Below are positions 17,680 through 27,253 of a stretch of 64,000 bases of DNA, in pieces. The notes beneath the pieces were generated by a model that made no database searches, was not told where the DNA came from, and worked only from the letters and a program-made list of their open reading frames with translations. Numbering within the stretch: position 1 is the stretch's first letter; every line of letters begins with the position of its first letter. Origin of the DNA: Escherichia phage HermannAdler_Bas98; sequence record PQ850608.1; one strand, 5' to 3'. Both the position numbers and the translations under genes were made by a program.

Positions 17680-18947
17680 GTGCACAATATTCTTACATAG
17701 TAAGCACTGGTGTAATAACCATCGACACAGCCGATTTGCTGGCTGACGTTCAAAGTGAATGGATTGAGTCATTAGGGGTCGGGCTTGACGTTGATGCCTC
17801 GACACCGCAAGGCACCCTAATCGCGACAGAGACTTTGGCAAGAACTTCAGTCATGAAGAACAACGCCGAGCTGGGAAGTCTCATCAACCCTAATTATTCA
17901 TATGGCGTATACCTTGATGCCATCGCGGCATTGCTTGGTATTGAGCGAACGAAAAACATCAGCACGATGTTGAAAGGAATTACCGCAGAAGGAACGCCGC
18001 TGTTGGAAATTCCTGCTGGAAGTTTGCTGACGGATTCAAACGGTACATACTGGTATGTTCTTGAAGACGTTCAAATCACTTCGACTGGCAAGACAAGCAA
18101 TATGACTCTTGCATCAAAAGAGTATGGCTCATTTACTGTTGCACCTGATGAAGAGTTTACCGTGGTGCAAGGATATGACGTCATCGGATGGTCAAGAACG
18201 TATTCAACATCAGCAACGACGACCGTACCAGGTACGCAATACATGGGCGACGGAGCGTTAAAGGCCGCTCGCGTTAAGCGCCTTTACCAGCAGGGAATTG
18301 CATCGCTTGGTGCTATTCGCGCTCGCGCCATGTCGGTCGACGGCGTGGAATCGGTGATGGTCGTAGAGAACGACACGGGATTGCCTGGAACGGTGCGCGG
18401 CATCACCTTTTCAACGCCTAACGGTGTCTGGGTGTGCGCAAGCGGAACGTTCGATAAGCAAGTCTTTGCTGAGACTATTTTCAAGGCAAAGATGGGTGGC
18501 CAGCCGTGGGACTTTGGTGCTACCAACCAGGGTGATCCAGTCAACTCGCCTGATGGAATAGAAGTTGTCGACGAAGAATCGCAACTGTCTTATTTCGTAA
18601 AGTTCAACACTGCTGTCATATATGACTTGTATGTCGATATTACTGTTGTAAGAGGCACCGCAACCGCCGATGCCGAATCTATTATTGCCGCTGTGTTGAA
18701 TTACGGTAATGGAAATTTTAACGGCGAGCAAGGATATGCAGTGGGCCAATCTCAATCTTCTTTTGAGATTGCTTCAGCAGTGTCTTGCGAGTATCCAGGT
18801 CTGTACATCAAAGATTGCAAAATTGCAGCAGTAAAAAGCGGACAGGCAGCGCCAAATTATCCATCCGATTACGGCAGCGAGTGGATTGCCAACCCTTGGG
18901 ATAAGGCGAATACTATGCGCGGCTTCATCAACGTTAAATTTGTGTGA
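17676..18947 (+). CDS. baseplate J-like wedge protein
   Basis: 423 aa. ATGA overlap with the spike gene. Size and position are typical of gpJ/gp47 homologs. Confidence 0.5.
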   Translation: MSAQYSYIVSTGVITIDTADLLADVQSEWIESLGVGLDVDASTPQGTLIATETLARTSVMKNNAELGSLINPNYSYGVYLDAIAALLGIERTKNISTMLKGITAEGTPLLEIPAGSLLTDSNGTYWYVLEDVQITSTGKTSNMTLASKEYGSFTVAPDEEFTVVQGYDVIGWSRTYSTSATTTVPGTQYMGDGALKAARVKRLYQQGIASLGAIRARAMSVDGVESVMVVENDTGLPGTVRGITFSTPNGVWVCASGTFDKQVFAETIFKAKMGGQPWDFGATNQGDPVNSPDGIEVVDEESQLSYFVKFNTAVIYDLYVDITVVRGTATADAESIIAAVLNYGNGNFNGEQGYAVGQSQSSFEIASAVSCEYPGLYIKDCKIAAVKSGQAAPNYPSDYGSEWIANPWDKANTMRGFINVKFV

Positions 18948-18953
18948 GGAACT

Positions 18954-21692
18954 ATGCAAAAGTTTGACACAAACCTGTTGCAAAACCTTAAGTGGATGCA
19001 GAACAATGCACCAAACATTACATCTTTGGTGCAAAAGAAAAGTGACTGGTATGAAAGATACCAAGATCAGTTTTGGACTGACTGGTACAATAACATTTTT
19101 AACATTGACACTTGTGATGCAATGGGCATTTATATTTGGTGCGACATTCTTTGCATACCAAGAGACTTTGTGGACTTAAGCAATTATGAGCACAACTGGG
19201 CGTTTGGACCGACGCGCGACAACTTTGAAGGTGCGGACAACATCGGCGGCAACTTCTTTGGTGCTGGCGGGAAGGTTGTAAAGAATATCGAAGAAGCGCG
19301 CATACTTCTTAAGCTTCGTTATCTGACGCTTACAAGTGATGGTCGCATCGAAAGTATCAACCGCATGCTTAAGTGGATTTTCAACCGTGGAGAGGCTTGG
19401 GATTACTCTTCATCACGCTACGCATACGTGACCGACAACACTCAAGGTGCGGTGTCTTCATCTGAATCAACAAATGGATCATTCCTTCTATACGACTGGC
19501 AGGGGTCGACTGAGATTCAGCACGATTATAAGCAGATACTTTTAAGCCATGGCAACAACGCCGGACTGACTATCAGCGGAGTGTCAGGCACCGTGTCACG
19601 GATGGCGCACCCAGATTGGTACTCATGGGGGAATGGTTCCGGCACAGGTCTTGTCGGCGGCGACACCAGACAGTATGGTGGGCCTGATTACTATGGGCAG
19701 TTGTGTGGTGATTACCCAGGCGAGGCCATAGAGAATTTTGCCAACGCAGTAAGGGTCATCAAGACGGCTTCAAGCGGTGATCCTGTGTATTCTTTGGCCA
19801 ATAATCCAAGTGCCAAATCAATTTCGCTTCCTTCGCAGGCTGGCGTCAACGTTTGCTATAGCTTCTACATAAAGGTGCTTTCTGAAAATGTCGCTTCTGT
19901 TTCTGTTACAGAGAATAGTGATGCATCGAGTAATGGAAAGCTGTTTGACCCCGTCACTGGCCAGTTCAACTTGGACCCGTCATTGAGTTATTTCATCAAA
20001 GGCAAATTCGATGGAGTAAGAAGGGAATCAAACCGTGGTGGCATAAAAGCAATTGGCGGCGATTGGTATCGAATCTGGATTGTAGAGCAGACGGCAACCG
20101 CTGCTTCTGGAGTAAGTACCAGCTTTTCAATAGAGTTGAAGGCGACTGCCGCTGGATCAACTCAAACTCGTGAATTGCCTGAAGGGTCTGATGCTCTTTT
20201 GTTTGGATACTCGATTTGCGTCTGCGACCCTGTTCAGAATCCAAATGGACCTGAGCCTTATTTTTATGGAACGCAAAACCCTCCTTCTGACGGAACAGCA
20301 ATCCTGTCTGTAACGGCGGGAACACTCAATAACATCTCCTGTGCAAACGGACCGCTGACGACAAGAAACGGTGTGGTTGGCGAGTCATTCATGCAACCTG
20401 GCTCATCACTTGCATACTCTGGCTCAATCGGTGGCTACCCGTACCCAGGGAACGCCACGCTGATTGCAGAGACTGATGGAATCAGACGCTCATGGAACGT
20501 TAGCAGGCTGGATGGAGTACCGCCGCCGCCGACCGCCGACTATTACATGGAATACGTCATCGGACCTTATTTCGCCAACAACCTGTCTGACAACTTTAAG
20601 ACGCTAGTTGGCGACAGGAATGAAGGATTCTTGCCAGCAAATGCCGGAATACGTTGGCAGCTTTACCAAGAAGTCGCAGACTTATCTGATATTGATTTGA
20701 CCGTCAGCAACATAACAGACACGCGAGTAGGATTCGAAACGGAAGGTGTCGCATGGATTAACACTGACGGCATCATCAGAGTTGGCGGCATTAACGAGTG
20801 GCCGCTGAACAACTTCAACGGTGTGATACGCCAGCTTGAATCTTTGAAAGGTGTAAACCAGGTCGTCGACGGCGCACTTGTCAACGACTATTCAATCTCA
20901 AAAGCATCAAGAGATGACTTTGGTCGTGAAATACCACGCGCGCCAATCACTAACTATTGGCGCTACACACAGCCAAATGACGGTACATCTTTTGGCAATA
21001 TCATTGAGGATGGCGCAAACACTGTCACAGCGACGCCAATCAGCGGTGCGCCCAACCAGTTCCCATCATTCAAGCTTTCCGCTACAATAGGGACTGTGCC
21101 AGCATCCGGTTATGCACGCGCTGTGCTTGCTACTAAATACACTGGCACCCTGACTGGCCCTTTGTCATTTATCGCAATAGTCAAAAACAACACGGTTAAC
21201 GGTCAAAAACTTTTTGTAACTGTACCGGATGGGATGGGTGGCTATATCCCTAAATTCTACAACATAGGCGCAGGTGATTTGCAACGTATCGAAATTGACC
21301 TTGCCGCTGAGATTGTTGAAGGCGCTACCTGGGATGGATCAACAGGCGGCATCAGCATCGGTTTGATATCAGGGAAAGACTTGCCGACCGAAGTTGGTAC
21401 GACTCTTGAACTTGATATTTTAAGCTTGATGCTTGTGTCTGGTAGTACGATGAATGCGCTTGCAATTTCAACAAGCGAAGATTTTGCAAAGAAAACTGCG
21501 ACTTCTATATACATCAAAAACCCAGGATCACTTGCCACTGGAGTTCAATTGATTGCTTCTAATGGTGATGTTGTAGCAACAGTAAACTTTCCGAGAAGTG
21601 CTGCTGGTGGTTATGTTTCAAGCATGAACATAACTGACTTAACTGGTGATTGGGCATCAACCCTTTTATCAAAAATTAAATACATCGTGTAG
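18954..21692 (+). CDS. baseplate-attached tail fibre/wedge protein (DUF2612-like N-terminus)
   Basis: 912 aa. N-terminus NLKWMQNNAPNITSLVQKKSDWYERYQDQFWTDWYNNIFNIDT resembles DUF2612 tail proteins. It has a long C-terminal extension. Confidence 0.5.
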   Translation: MQKFDTNLLQNLKWMQNNAPNITSLVQKKSDWYERYQDQFWTDWYNNIFNIDTCDAMGIYIWCDILCIPRDFVDLSNYEHNWAFGPTRDNFEGADNIGGNFFGAGGKVVKNIEEARILLKLRYLTLTSDGRIESINRMLKWIFNRGEAWDYSSSRYAYVTDNTQGAVSSSESTNGSFLLYDWQGSTEIQHDYKQILLSHGNNAGLTISGVSGTVSRMAHPDWYSWGNGSGTGLVGGDTRQYGGPDYYGQLCGDYPGEAIENFANAVRVIKTASSGDPVYSLANNPSAKSISLPSQAGVNVCYSFYIKVLSENVASVSVTENSDASSNGKLFDPVTGQFNLDPSLSYFIKGKFDGVRRESNRGGIKAIGGDWYRIWIVEQTATAASGVSTSFSIELKATAAGSTQTRELPEGSDALLFGYSICVCDPVQNPNGPEPYFYGTQNPPSDGTAILSVTAGTLNNISCANGPLTTRNGVVGESFMQPGSSLAYSGSIGGYPYPGNATLIAETDGIRRSWNVSRLDGVPPPPTADYYMEYVIGPYFANNLSDNFKTLVGDRNEGFLPANAGIRWQLYQEVADLSDIDLTVSNITDTRVGFETEGVAWINTDGIIRVGGINEWPLNNFNGVIRQLESLKGVNQVVDGALVNDYSISKASRDDFGREIPRAPITNYWRYTQPNDGTSFGNIIEDGANTVTATPISGAPNQFPSFKLSATIGTVPASGYARAVLATKYTGTLTGPLSFIAIVKNNTVNGQKLFVTVPDGMGGYIPKFYNIGAGDLQRIEIDLAAEIVEGATWDGSTGGISIGLISGKDLPTEVGTTLELDILSLMLVSGSTMNALAISTSEDFAKKTATSIYIKNPGSLATGVQLIASNGDVVATVNFPRSAAGGYVSSMNITDLTGDWASTLLSKIKYIV

Positions 21693-21702
21693 AGGAACGG
21701 CA

Positions 21703-23490
21703 ATGCCAACACTTATTAACAGACCTTTCGCGCAAAGCGGTGATGTATCCGTGGTGCCGGATGCAAGCCCAAGCGGTTATGTGAACTTCCAGCGCGGCTA
21801 CACCCCTGACTATGCACTTGCGCTGGAAGCCGGAAACGTCGCTGCGAAAGCAGTTGAACGTGAGTCGATGAACTGGTTGCTGAATCTGATCACCGACAAC
21901 CTTATGTTCATCCAGGACCACGGCGCTCAACAGTATTTCTCGTCTGACTTGAAGCCAGATGGATACCCGAAAAATGCCATCGTTGTCAGCAACTCTGGCA
22001 CCCCTTCAGCGCCTGAATGGCGCATTTTCCAGAGCGTGGTTGACGGCAACACCAGCGCAGTACCAGCTAACGGCGAAACGGAATCTTGGCAAGAATTGAC
22101 GCTGCCTAGCGAAGCGCGAAAATATATTCCTATGCCTGCTGGCGGCGATGCGCAAAACCCGTATTTTGTTCGCGGACTGATTTCAAACTTTGTGGACTTT
22201 GATAATATCACGACTTCCACAACTATTGTTATTCAATCTGACGCAGTCGCCGCTCTATGCTCTAACATCCCGAACGCGGTTGGTGCGACGAAGGTTGCAG
22301 GTCGTCTACAGGTTTGCGCTTGGCAGGTTGATGCGCAGACTTTCGCCCTGCAACAATACACGTCAATGAACGGATATGTTTTCACCCGCTCTTATACGTC
22401 TGGTGCTTGGAGTGCTTGGATTCAAAATGCAACTGTTCAAGACGTGCAAATCGGCACGCCGAATCTTGCATCAGGTAAAGGCGCACAAGATATAATCCTT
22501 ACCGTTCCGGCAGGTTATGCATGGCCGCCGTCAGCAGGTAGTCGCCTGACAATTGTCAATGATGTAACGACTACCGGACCTGTTACCGTGACCATTGGTG
22601 CAAACAAAGTTGCAGTCCTTGGATTCGACGGCGGCGAGCTGCCAGCAGGGTCCATCGTCGGCCTTCTTCCTTTTACTATTATTTATGACGGCACCGTTTG
22701 GCGTCTTCTTCAAGCATTCGGCGCGGCGCAAATCGGTGTCGATGCTAGTGAGCCGCAACAGTTTGTTACAAAGCGCCAACTCGATGCTCTGGCCGCGAAG
22801 TTGATCACTATGGGTGATGTGTTCGAAGTCGGTGAGACTCGATTCTTGACTAATGGCACCAACCCAAATACTAAACTGGGCGCTTACGGTCAGGTATGGA
22901 CCAGATTGCCTGATAACATGGTCATCAGGACGTCTGGCACGGCAAGAAACGGTCTTGACACTGGAGGTGCAGACTCTGTTACTCTTACTGCCGCCATGCT
23001 TCCTCTGCACAATCACAGCGTGAACATAACTACGCGACAAAGTGGTCCATGGTCCAATACCACTGGAGACGCAGGCAACCATAACCACACAGGCGATACC
23101 AGTCAAAACGGTGCTCACGTGCACGGAATGGATTCAGCAGGTAACCACCACCATGACAGTAGCTGGGGTGAAGCAAATACGAATGATGCGCGGTATGGCG
23201 TGTATGATGGGACGCACAACAACTTCGGAAGTCGAAAGGGCGGCGACTGGGACAACTATAAATACAACACCTCAACTAACGGCAACCACGTTCACAATAT
23301 TCAATCTTCTGGGTCACACACTCATGGGTTGAATATAAATTACGCTGGCAATCACAGCCATGGATATACCCTCCCCGCTCACACTCACGATGTGGTCGGT
23401 AACACTGGCGATGCAGGGCAGTCCGTCCCAACGGCTGTTTCAACTCTGCCGCGATATGTCGTCTTGAACGGCTGGTACAGAAGCGCATAA
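21703..23490 (+). CDS. tail fibre protein with His-x-His repeat tip
   Basis: GAGG SD before ATG 21703. The C-terminal ~130 aa contain at least 7 HxH motifs (HNHS, NHNHT, AHVHG, NHHHD, NHVHN, SHTHG, NHSHG, AHTHD), as in metal-binding fibre tips. Confidence 0.65.
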   Translation: MPTLINRPFAQSGDVSVVPDASPSGYVNFQRGYTPDYALALEAGNVAAKAVERESMNWLLNLITDNLMFIQDHGAQQYFSSDLKPDGYPKNAIVVSNSGTPSAPEWRIFQSVVDGNTSAVPANGETESWQELTLPSEARKYIPMPAGGDAQNPYFVRGLISNFVDFDNITTSTTIVIQSDAVAALCSNIPNAVGATKVAGRLQVCAWQVDAQTFALQQYTSMNGYVFTRSYTSGAWSAWIQNATVQDVQIGTPNLASGKGAQDIILTVPAGYAWPPSAGSRLTIVNDVTTTGPVTVTIGANKVAVLGFDGGELPAGSIVGLLPFTIIYDGTVWRLLQAFGAAQIGVDASEPQQFVTKRQLDALAAKLITMGDVFEVGETRFLTNGTNPNTKLGAYGQVWTRLPDNMVIRTSGTARNGLDTGGADSVTLTAAMLPLHNHSVNITTRQSGPWSNTTGDAGNHNHTGDTSQNGAHVHGMDSAGNHHHDSSWGEANTNDARYGVYDGTHNNFGSRKGGDWDNYKYNTSTNGNHVHNIQSSGSHTHGLNINYAGNHSHGYTLPAHTHDVVGNTGDAGQSVPTAVSTLPRYVVLNGWYRSA

Positions 23491-23498
23491 GGTGATTT

Positions 23499-24143
23499 AT
23501 GATTAATGCAAACGTAATATCTAAAGGGACCGGATGCAGCATGGATGTTGCTGAAAAATGGGTCGACCCCTTCAAGCAGGCTTGTGAGCACTACGGAATC
23601 AAAAGCAAGAATGCCATCGCTGCGCTGCTTGCAAACGTAGGAGTGGAAACAGGCAGTCTGAAGACCTTTGTGGAAAACCTGAATTATTCCGCTCAAGGTC
23701 TTGCTAATACGTGGCCTAGCCGTTACAGCGCCAGCGGTCGTTTCGGTGGCGCACCAAACTCCTTGGCATTGTCGATTGCCCGTAAACCAATGGAAATCGC
23801 CAATAATACATATGCAAACCGAATGGGAAATGGTTCGGTAGCATCTGGCGACGGTTGGAAGTACCGTGGCCGTGGTGCCATTCAGCTGACTGGAAAGGAT
23901 AACTATGCAGAGTATTCAAAGCAATCAGGGTATGACGCATTGAATAACCCTGACATTTTGACTGAGCCGAAATACATTGCTGACAGCGCGGCATGGTTCT
24001 TCAAGAACAGCGGTTGCATTCCACTTGCCGATGCGGGCGCATTTGATTCGACCGTGAAGCGGATTAACGGGGCCGCGCCAAATACGGCTAACCATGGGGA
24101 TTTGCGACGGAAGCGTTACAAGGAAGCACTAGCAGTTATGTAA
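23499..24143 (+). CDS. endolysin, glycoside hydrolase family 19 (chitinase-like)
   Basis: KYRGRGAIQLTGKDNY matches the GH19 signature. Last gene of the rightward late cluster, followed by a terminator. Confidence 0.85.
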   Translation: MINANVISKGTGCSMDVAEKWVDPFKQACEHYGIKSKNAIAALLANVGVETGSLKTFVENLNYSAQGLANTWPSRYSASGRFGGAPNSLALSIARKPMEIANNTYANRMGNGSVASGDGWKYRGRGAIQLTGKDNYAEYSKQSGYDALNNPDILTEPKYIADSAAWFFKNSGCIPLADAGAFDSTVKRINGAAPNTANHGDLRRKRYKEALAVM

Positions 24144-24144
24144 G

Positions 24145-24174
24145 AAAAGGCCCATATGGGCCTTTGTTTATTTT
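24145..24174. terminator. bidirectional intrinsic terminator
   Basis: AAAAGGCCCATATGGGCCTTTGTTTATTTT lies between the converging endolysin gene and the minus-strand cassette. Confidence 0.75.
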
Positions 24175-24398
24175 ACGGCTTCAACCTGGACGGGCGGCGC
24201 GGAACTTGTATCGATGTCTGGCAAGTCGAAGTAATACCCCGCCATGCCAATCACGCCAACAATCGCGGCCCGTGCCACCTTGTTGCTAATTGACTCCCCA
24301 ATAAGCTTTACCAACAGGGACAAGATTTGAGACGTCAAAGCCTTTTTCAGCCTTTTGTTTTCTTCCAAATCTTTCTGCATAACTACCACCCATGTCAA
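24168..24398 (-). CDS. small membrane protein (76 aa), function unknown
   Basis: One hydrophobic segment, AAIVGVIGMAGYYF. ATGA overlap with the upstream gene. Part of a self-contained cassette. Confidence 0.5.
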   Translation of the reverse strand: MTWVVVMQKDLEENKRLKKALTSQILSLLVKLIGESISNKVARAAIVGVIGMAGYYFDLPDIDTSSAPPVQVEAVK

Positions 24399-24937
24399 CG
24401 CACATCCTGTGTCTTAACATTACCTGAAGCATCTCTTAATGGCAGTGGATAGTAGGCCATTTGGTAGTCTGATACGCCTTCAACATGATAAAACACGATT
24501 ACGTCTTTGCTGTTGATGAGCATGTTAACGACATCTGATTTATCTTCTGGAGTGAGTATGAGTGCGCCGCCTGTCCTGCTGTCTACTGCAACAGGGTATG
24601 TCTTATCGACAAGGCCGCTGTCCAATGTATTATACCTGACAACGATTTCAGGGGCATCAACTTTTGCAATTGACATTCCGAACACAAACGACACGACTTG
24701 GCGACCGCGATCATTCATTACGCACATCTTTTCCTTGTCAAACCTTTCCTTTATCACATCGTATTTATTCCAGCAAAATTCGAACGATTGGCCGTTGTTA
24801 AAATATCTCGTTAACACTTTGGCATTACTATTTGGCGGCGTAAACATACTTTCAGCCGCTGCACTTTTGGTGAAGAACAAAACTGTCAGCATAGCCATGA
24901 TGATGATCAAAACAATCTTTAAGTTTTTCGATTTCAT
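24395..24937 (-). CDS. secreted or membrane-anchored protein (180 aa), function unknown
   Basis: N-terminal signal/anchor MKSKNLKIVLIIIMAMLTVLFFTKSAAAES. Own promoter upstream at 24969-24996. Confidence 0.55.
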   Translation of the reverse strand: MKSKNLKIVLIIIMAMLTVLFFTKSAAAESMFTPPNSNAKVLTRYFNNGQSFEFCWNKYDVIKERFDKEKMCVMNDRGRQVVSFVFGMSIAKVDAPEIVVRYNTLDSGLVDKTYPVAVDSRTGGALILTPEDKSDVVNMLINSKDVIVFYHVEGVSDYQMAYYPLPLRDASGNVKTQDVR

Positions 24938-24968
24938 TATAATTCACCTTTTGATTACGAATATTAAT

Positions 24969-24996
24969 AGTATAGGCCGAAGGTTTTGAAAGTAAA
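24969..24996 (-). promoter_or_regulatory. sigma70-type promoter for the 24937-24168 cassette
   Basis: Minus strand: TTTACT, 16-bp spacer, TATACT. Confidence 0.5.
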
Positions 24997-25007
24997 TAAG
25001 GCGAAAG

Positions 25008-25040
25008 GTAAATAAAAGAAAAGCCGGAGATTTCCGGCTT
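25008..25040 (-). terminator. intrinsic terminator after the ligase gene
   Basis: Minus strand: AGCCGGA-aatc-TCCGGCT followed by TTTTCTTTTATTT. Confidence 0.7.
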
Positions 25041-25113
25041 TATGTATACACTGTATATTAAATTCTATAAAACGACGCGATAGATTATCCGCACCAATTA
25101 CTTATCTAGTGTC

Positions 25114-26091
25114 TTAAAAATACTCCATATCGGTAATATCACGGAAGCATTTATACAAAGCAGAGCGCGGCACGTCGACGATGCCAAAGTTAAAGAATTT
25201 ATACGTTAGGTATTTATCGCGATAGTTCTCGCGATTCTCCCAAAGCATTTTACGCTCTGCCATAGGCATTGAACCAGCGGAGACGCGGAAAGGAATCATT
25301 TCACCTTTCTCATCCACATATTTTGGATTGACGACTACGAATGAGCCAAGGTATCCTTTCGCAACTAAACCTTCAGCCTCTTTTGAACGCTTGGTGCGAC
25401 CCAATTCGTCAATGAATGCTTCGTTGTTGTTCTCCATCATCTCAACGAAGTCTATGATCAACCCTTCTTCATCGGTCCACGGCTTGTCCTTCCACACATC
25501 ACGTGACTTCGGCGTCGCGCGGCCATGCTTATATTTGCCCGTCCAAGACTTGCCATACAAGCCTTCATAGCCAAGCTGGTCTGCTTCGATTTGCATTGCC
25601 GCGTACTGGTCCATATTTTCGATGTTGCGATATTCGAGAGCGCGAAGGAATGGACGTCGGCCATGGTCAATGAGATGTTGATTGACCTCAGCAACACGTC
25701 GATTGTACTTCTCATAACGGGCCGAGAATGGCAAATCAGGTTCGCTAAAGTCATCAAACACCCACCATGTAAAGTTAGTGATTGCATCAGTGTTCATGCA
25801 TGCAGTATAGGCCTGTTGCATGACGTTCTTGTCATTTGGATTGCCGTCGATTAGCTCTCCATCAAGTCCGTGAATTAATTCACCCAAGAAGAGGAACTCT
25901 TTTTTGATTTGAATGTTGCGCAGCGCCATGCCGGACGTGCCCATTGGCAAGTTGTCATACGCCATTGCGCGTATGCCATCGACCTTGAATGACAATCCGC
26001 AAGGCAGCGGCACGTCTTCGCCGCGCTCGATTATTTGCTTACGCTGGCAACCCTTCATTGGTTTTAATGCTTTGATTTCTCCTGCCATCAC
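25114..26091 (-). CDS. ATP-dependent DNA ligase
   Basis: Motif I SFKVDGIRA (KxDG), plus LDGELI, EGLYGK and DVWKDKPW motifs in the canonical order. Confidence 0.85.
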   Translation of the reverse strand: MMAGEIKALKPMKGCQRKQIIERGEDVPLPCGLSFKVDGIRAMAYDNLPMGTSGMALRNIQIKKEFLFLGELIHGLDGELIDGNPNDKNVMQQAYTACMNTDAITNFTWWVFDDFSEPDLPFSARYEKYNRRVAEVNQHLIDHGRRPFLRALEYRNIENMDQYAAMQIEADQLGYEGLYGKSWTGKYKHGRATPKSRDVWKDKPWTDEEGLIIDFVEMMENNNEAFIDELGRTKRSKEAEGLVAKGYLGSFVVVNPKYVDEKGEMIPFRVSAGSMPMAERKMLWENRENYRDKYLTYKFFNFGIVDVPRSALYKCFRDITDMEYF

Positions 26092-26681
26092 TCAAACTCC
26101 TTATTCATCACTTGTTCCAGCGCATAGGCGTAATCCTGATCAGTCGATTTGATAAACGTGCCGTTGTACATGACGCCTTTGCGGTCTTTGATGTCTTCGT
26201 AGGCAGCTTGCGCACAGTCGGATAAGCGAAGGCCATAATCATGAGCTACGCCGGAAAGGTAATCGACTGCGGCCATGATGGTGACGTCAATATCCATGGT
26301 TTGATTCTTGGCAATAGCATCACCAAGTCGTCCAAGGGTCTTTGCCAGGCGAAGGATAAATGAATGAGGGTGAGCGCCTTTATCAGCGCAACCGCCGCCA
26401 TTAATGTTTTCGATTTCAGCACCGTTTTGCGCTGCCAGGATGGTCAACACAACAAGGCAATCGCCAATGTCGTCCTTAATTGCAGCTTGCAAGTCACAGA
26501 TGGCCTGCTCTGTATATCCAATTTCAGGGTCGAAGAACACAAGGTCATGGAGTTGATCAACGTGGTCGGTTAACTCCCCAAACTCGCTGATAAGCTTCGG
26601 GTATTGGTCCTTAAGGTCGCAACCTTGGATGATGTTACGGTCAGAAGCCCACTGGCGAATGTTTGCATAAATCTGTTTCAT
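26088..26681 (-). CDS. MazG-like nucleotide pyrophosphohydrolase
   Basis: All-alpha pattern with LISEFGELTDHV and DDIGDCLVVLTILA, typical of MazG/HisE-type NTP-PPases. Confidence 0.6.
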   Translation of the reverse strand: MKQIYANIRQWASDRNIIQGCDLKDQYPKLISEFGELTDHVDQLHDLVFFDPEIGYTEQAICDLQAAIKDDIGDCLVVLTILAAQNGAEIENINGGGCADKGAHPHSFILRLAKTLGRLGDAIAKNQTMDIDVTIMAAVDYLSGVAHDYGLRLSDCAQAAYEDIKDRKGVMYNGTFIKSTDQDYAYALEQVMNKEFE

Positions 26682-27196
26682 TTATTTTCCTTTGATGCAT
26701 TGAATTGATCGATTTTTATTTTAGCCTGATTATAAGTATCAATCAAGCCATTAACTTTCTCTTTTAATCGATTTGTTTCTGCGGCGAACTGAACAAGAAA
26801 TCTGACATCTTCTTCTGATAGTCCACAGTTTCCTTCTGGGATAGAGAGGCGTCCAGTGGTCGCAGAGTCGGGCACACTCCTGAGTAACTCACGGGAGCAG
26901 CTGAGTTGCTCGCGCAGCTTGATATTCCCAGACTTGTAACGAGCAATAGTGTCATCAGCAACCAGTTGCGCTTCCTGGCGACCTTTCTCATATGCCGATG
27001 CCGATTCAACCTGTAAAGATGCAATTTGCTCTTCGAGTGCATTTATCTTGTCCTTACGCTCATTAAGCGATGTCAGATATTGATTATCCTTGGCCAGTGA
27101 TGCGTTGGTTTGCTGCAGGTCTTCAACGTATGATCCAGCGGCAAACGCGCCAACAAGGGCCAGAATCTTCAGGAGCGGTACAATTCTTTCTATCAT
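26678..27196 (-). CDS. i-spanin (Rz-like)
   Basis: N-terminal TMD IVPLLKILALVGAFAAGSY followed by long coiled-coil-like sequence. A lipoprotein ORF is embedded in the +1 frame. Confidence 0.6.
   Translation of the reverse strand: MIERIVPLLKILALVGAFAAGSYVEDLQQTNASLAKDNQYLTSLNERKDKINALEEQIASLQVESASAYEKGRQEAQLVADDTIARYKSGNIKLREQLSCSRELLRSVPDSATTGRLSIPEGNCGLSEEDVRFLVQFAAETNRLKEKVNGLIDTYNQAKIKIDQFNASKENK
26764..26955 (-). CDS. o-spanin (Rz1-like lipoprotein) embedded in the i-spanin gene
   Basis: MTLLLVTSLGISSC gives a lipobox-like ISSC. 63 aa, lying entirely inside 26678-27196 in another frame. Confidence 0.5.
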   Translation of the reverse strand: MTLLLVTSLGISSCASNSAAPVSYSGVCPTLRPLDASLSQKETVDYQKKMSDFLFSSPQKQID

Positions 27197-27205
27197 GATG
27201 CACCA

Positions 27206-27236
27206 GATAAATAAAAGGCCGCCAATCGGCAGCCTT
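27206..27236 (-). terminator. intrinsic terminator after the SSB-like gene
   Basis: Minus-strand 9-bp stem with one G-U pair (AAGGCUGCC/GGCGGCCUU), then UUUAUUUAU. Confidence 0.6.
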
Positions 27237-27253
27237 GTTGATTTGATTGTCGA

